A stretch of DNA of 64,000 nucleotides from an uncultured Patescibacteria group bacterium (GTDB lineage Bacteria; Patescibacteriota; Microgenomatia; UBA1400; PJMF01): the NCBI GenBank assembly GCA_905478415.1, contig CAJQIG010000004.1, forward strand, positions 267,523 through 331,522, given 5' to 3'. A program made the translations under genes and the position numbers. The notes beneath the pieces were generated by a model. That model was not told the DNA's origin. It searched no databases and saw only the letters and a list, made by a program, of their open reading frames with translations. Every line of letters starts with the position of its first letter. The first letter of the stretch is position 1. Positions 61,814-64,000 of the stretch are shown piece by piece.

Positions 61814-62122
61814 CTATCTAATATAAAAATATATGCAGCCAGAAATACTTGTGGACAGTGTGTAGCACTACCAAGTACCTCTACGGTAGCCTCTACAGGA
61901 ACAGTCACTGCCTCCACTCCAGTCTCGCAGTGTACTCCACAGACTGAAGCCCCATTTTGTTTGAATGATTACACAACTGTTAGATGTCTAGCAAATGAAG
62001 ATGGAAAGACAGGAAAATGGTATGAAGTTGGCTGTCCAACTCGTTGCAGCTCCGCGACTGGTTCATGCATACCAAATGAAATGTATGCAACTCAACAAGA
62101 AAATTATTACATACTGTCTTAA
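61814..62122 (+). pseudogene. Start-less cysteine-rich reading frame (probable gene remnant)
   Basis: 102 open codons with 8 Cys and no standard start codon at the 5' end. Confidence 0.45.
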
Positions 62123-62147
62123 GTGAAATACAAAAAAAGCGCTTAAT

Positions 62148-62263
62148 TCTGGCCTCGACCTATCTTCACATCCAGTTGCCCGGACACTATTGTCGGCGCT
62201 AAGGCGTTTCAAGACTCTGTTCGGGAAGGGAAGAGTTGGTTCCACCTCGCTCTAGAGACCAGA
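62148..62263 (-). rRNA. rrf: 5S rRNA
   Basis: Typical 5S motifs (CCGAAC, paired termini), downstream of 23S, flanked by a processing inverted repeat. Confidence 0.95.
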
Positions 62264-62404
62264 ATTAAACGCTTTTGTGCGCTGATTGCAGTACAAATGT
62301 ACTAACAATCATATATGTTAACTAGTGAGTATTCACTAGCAAGTGAAGAAAATCTGCCATGCGCCAAACTTAGAGACAATGATGTGACCACAAATTCATA
62401 AAAA

Positions 62405-64000
<1,596 letters not shown>

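Overview
Chromosomal segment of a small-genome bacterium using genetic code 11 (TGA is used as a stop). Gene content and style point to Patescibacteria/CPR, probably Microgenomates; this is an inference, not a database result. It is mostly housekeeping: hrcA-grpE-dnaK, dnaJ, hsp20, groES-groEL, ftsH, trpS, a Xer-type recombinase, a tsaC-tsaE fusion plus tsaD, nrdR-nrdJ, two class A PBPs around a GH18, two cytidylate kinases, smpB, lepA, rpsT, murJ, pilN/pilO, two CAT-anticodon tRNAs, 5S rRNA and the 3' part of 23S rRNA. An ~9 kb surface-protein island separates dnaK from dnaJ. No CRISPR array, transposase or phage genes are visible. The most notable signals are absent from the ORF track: (1) a complete Trp-codon leader-peptide attenuator ahead of a racemase-trpS operon; (2) two tandem copies of an unrecognised structured element between pgeF and groEL; (3) a consistent non-canonical CIRCE operator at five heat-shock promoters; (4) two lipoproteins sharing a mosaic of identical and hypervariable blocks; (5) many apparently leaderless genes, together with an initiator tRNA that lacks the 3GC anticodon stem. 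Protein calls rest on motif recognition by eye.
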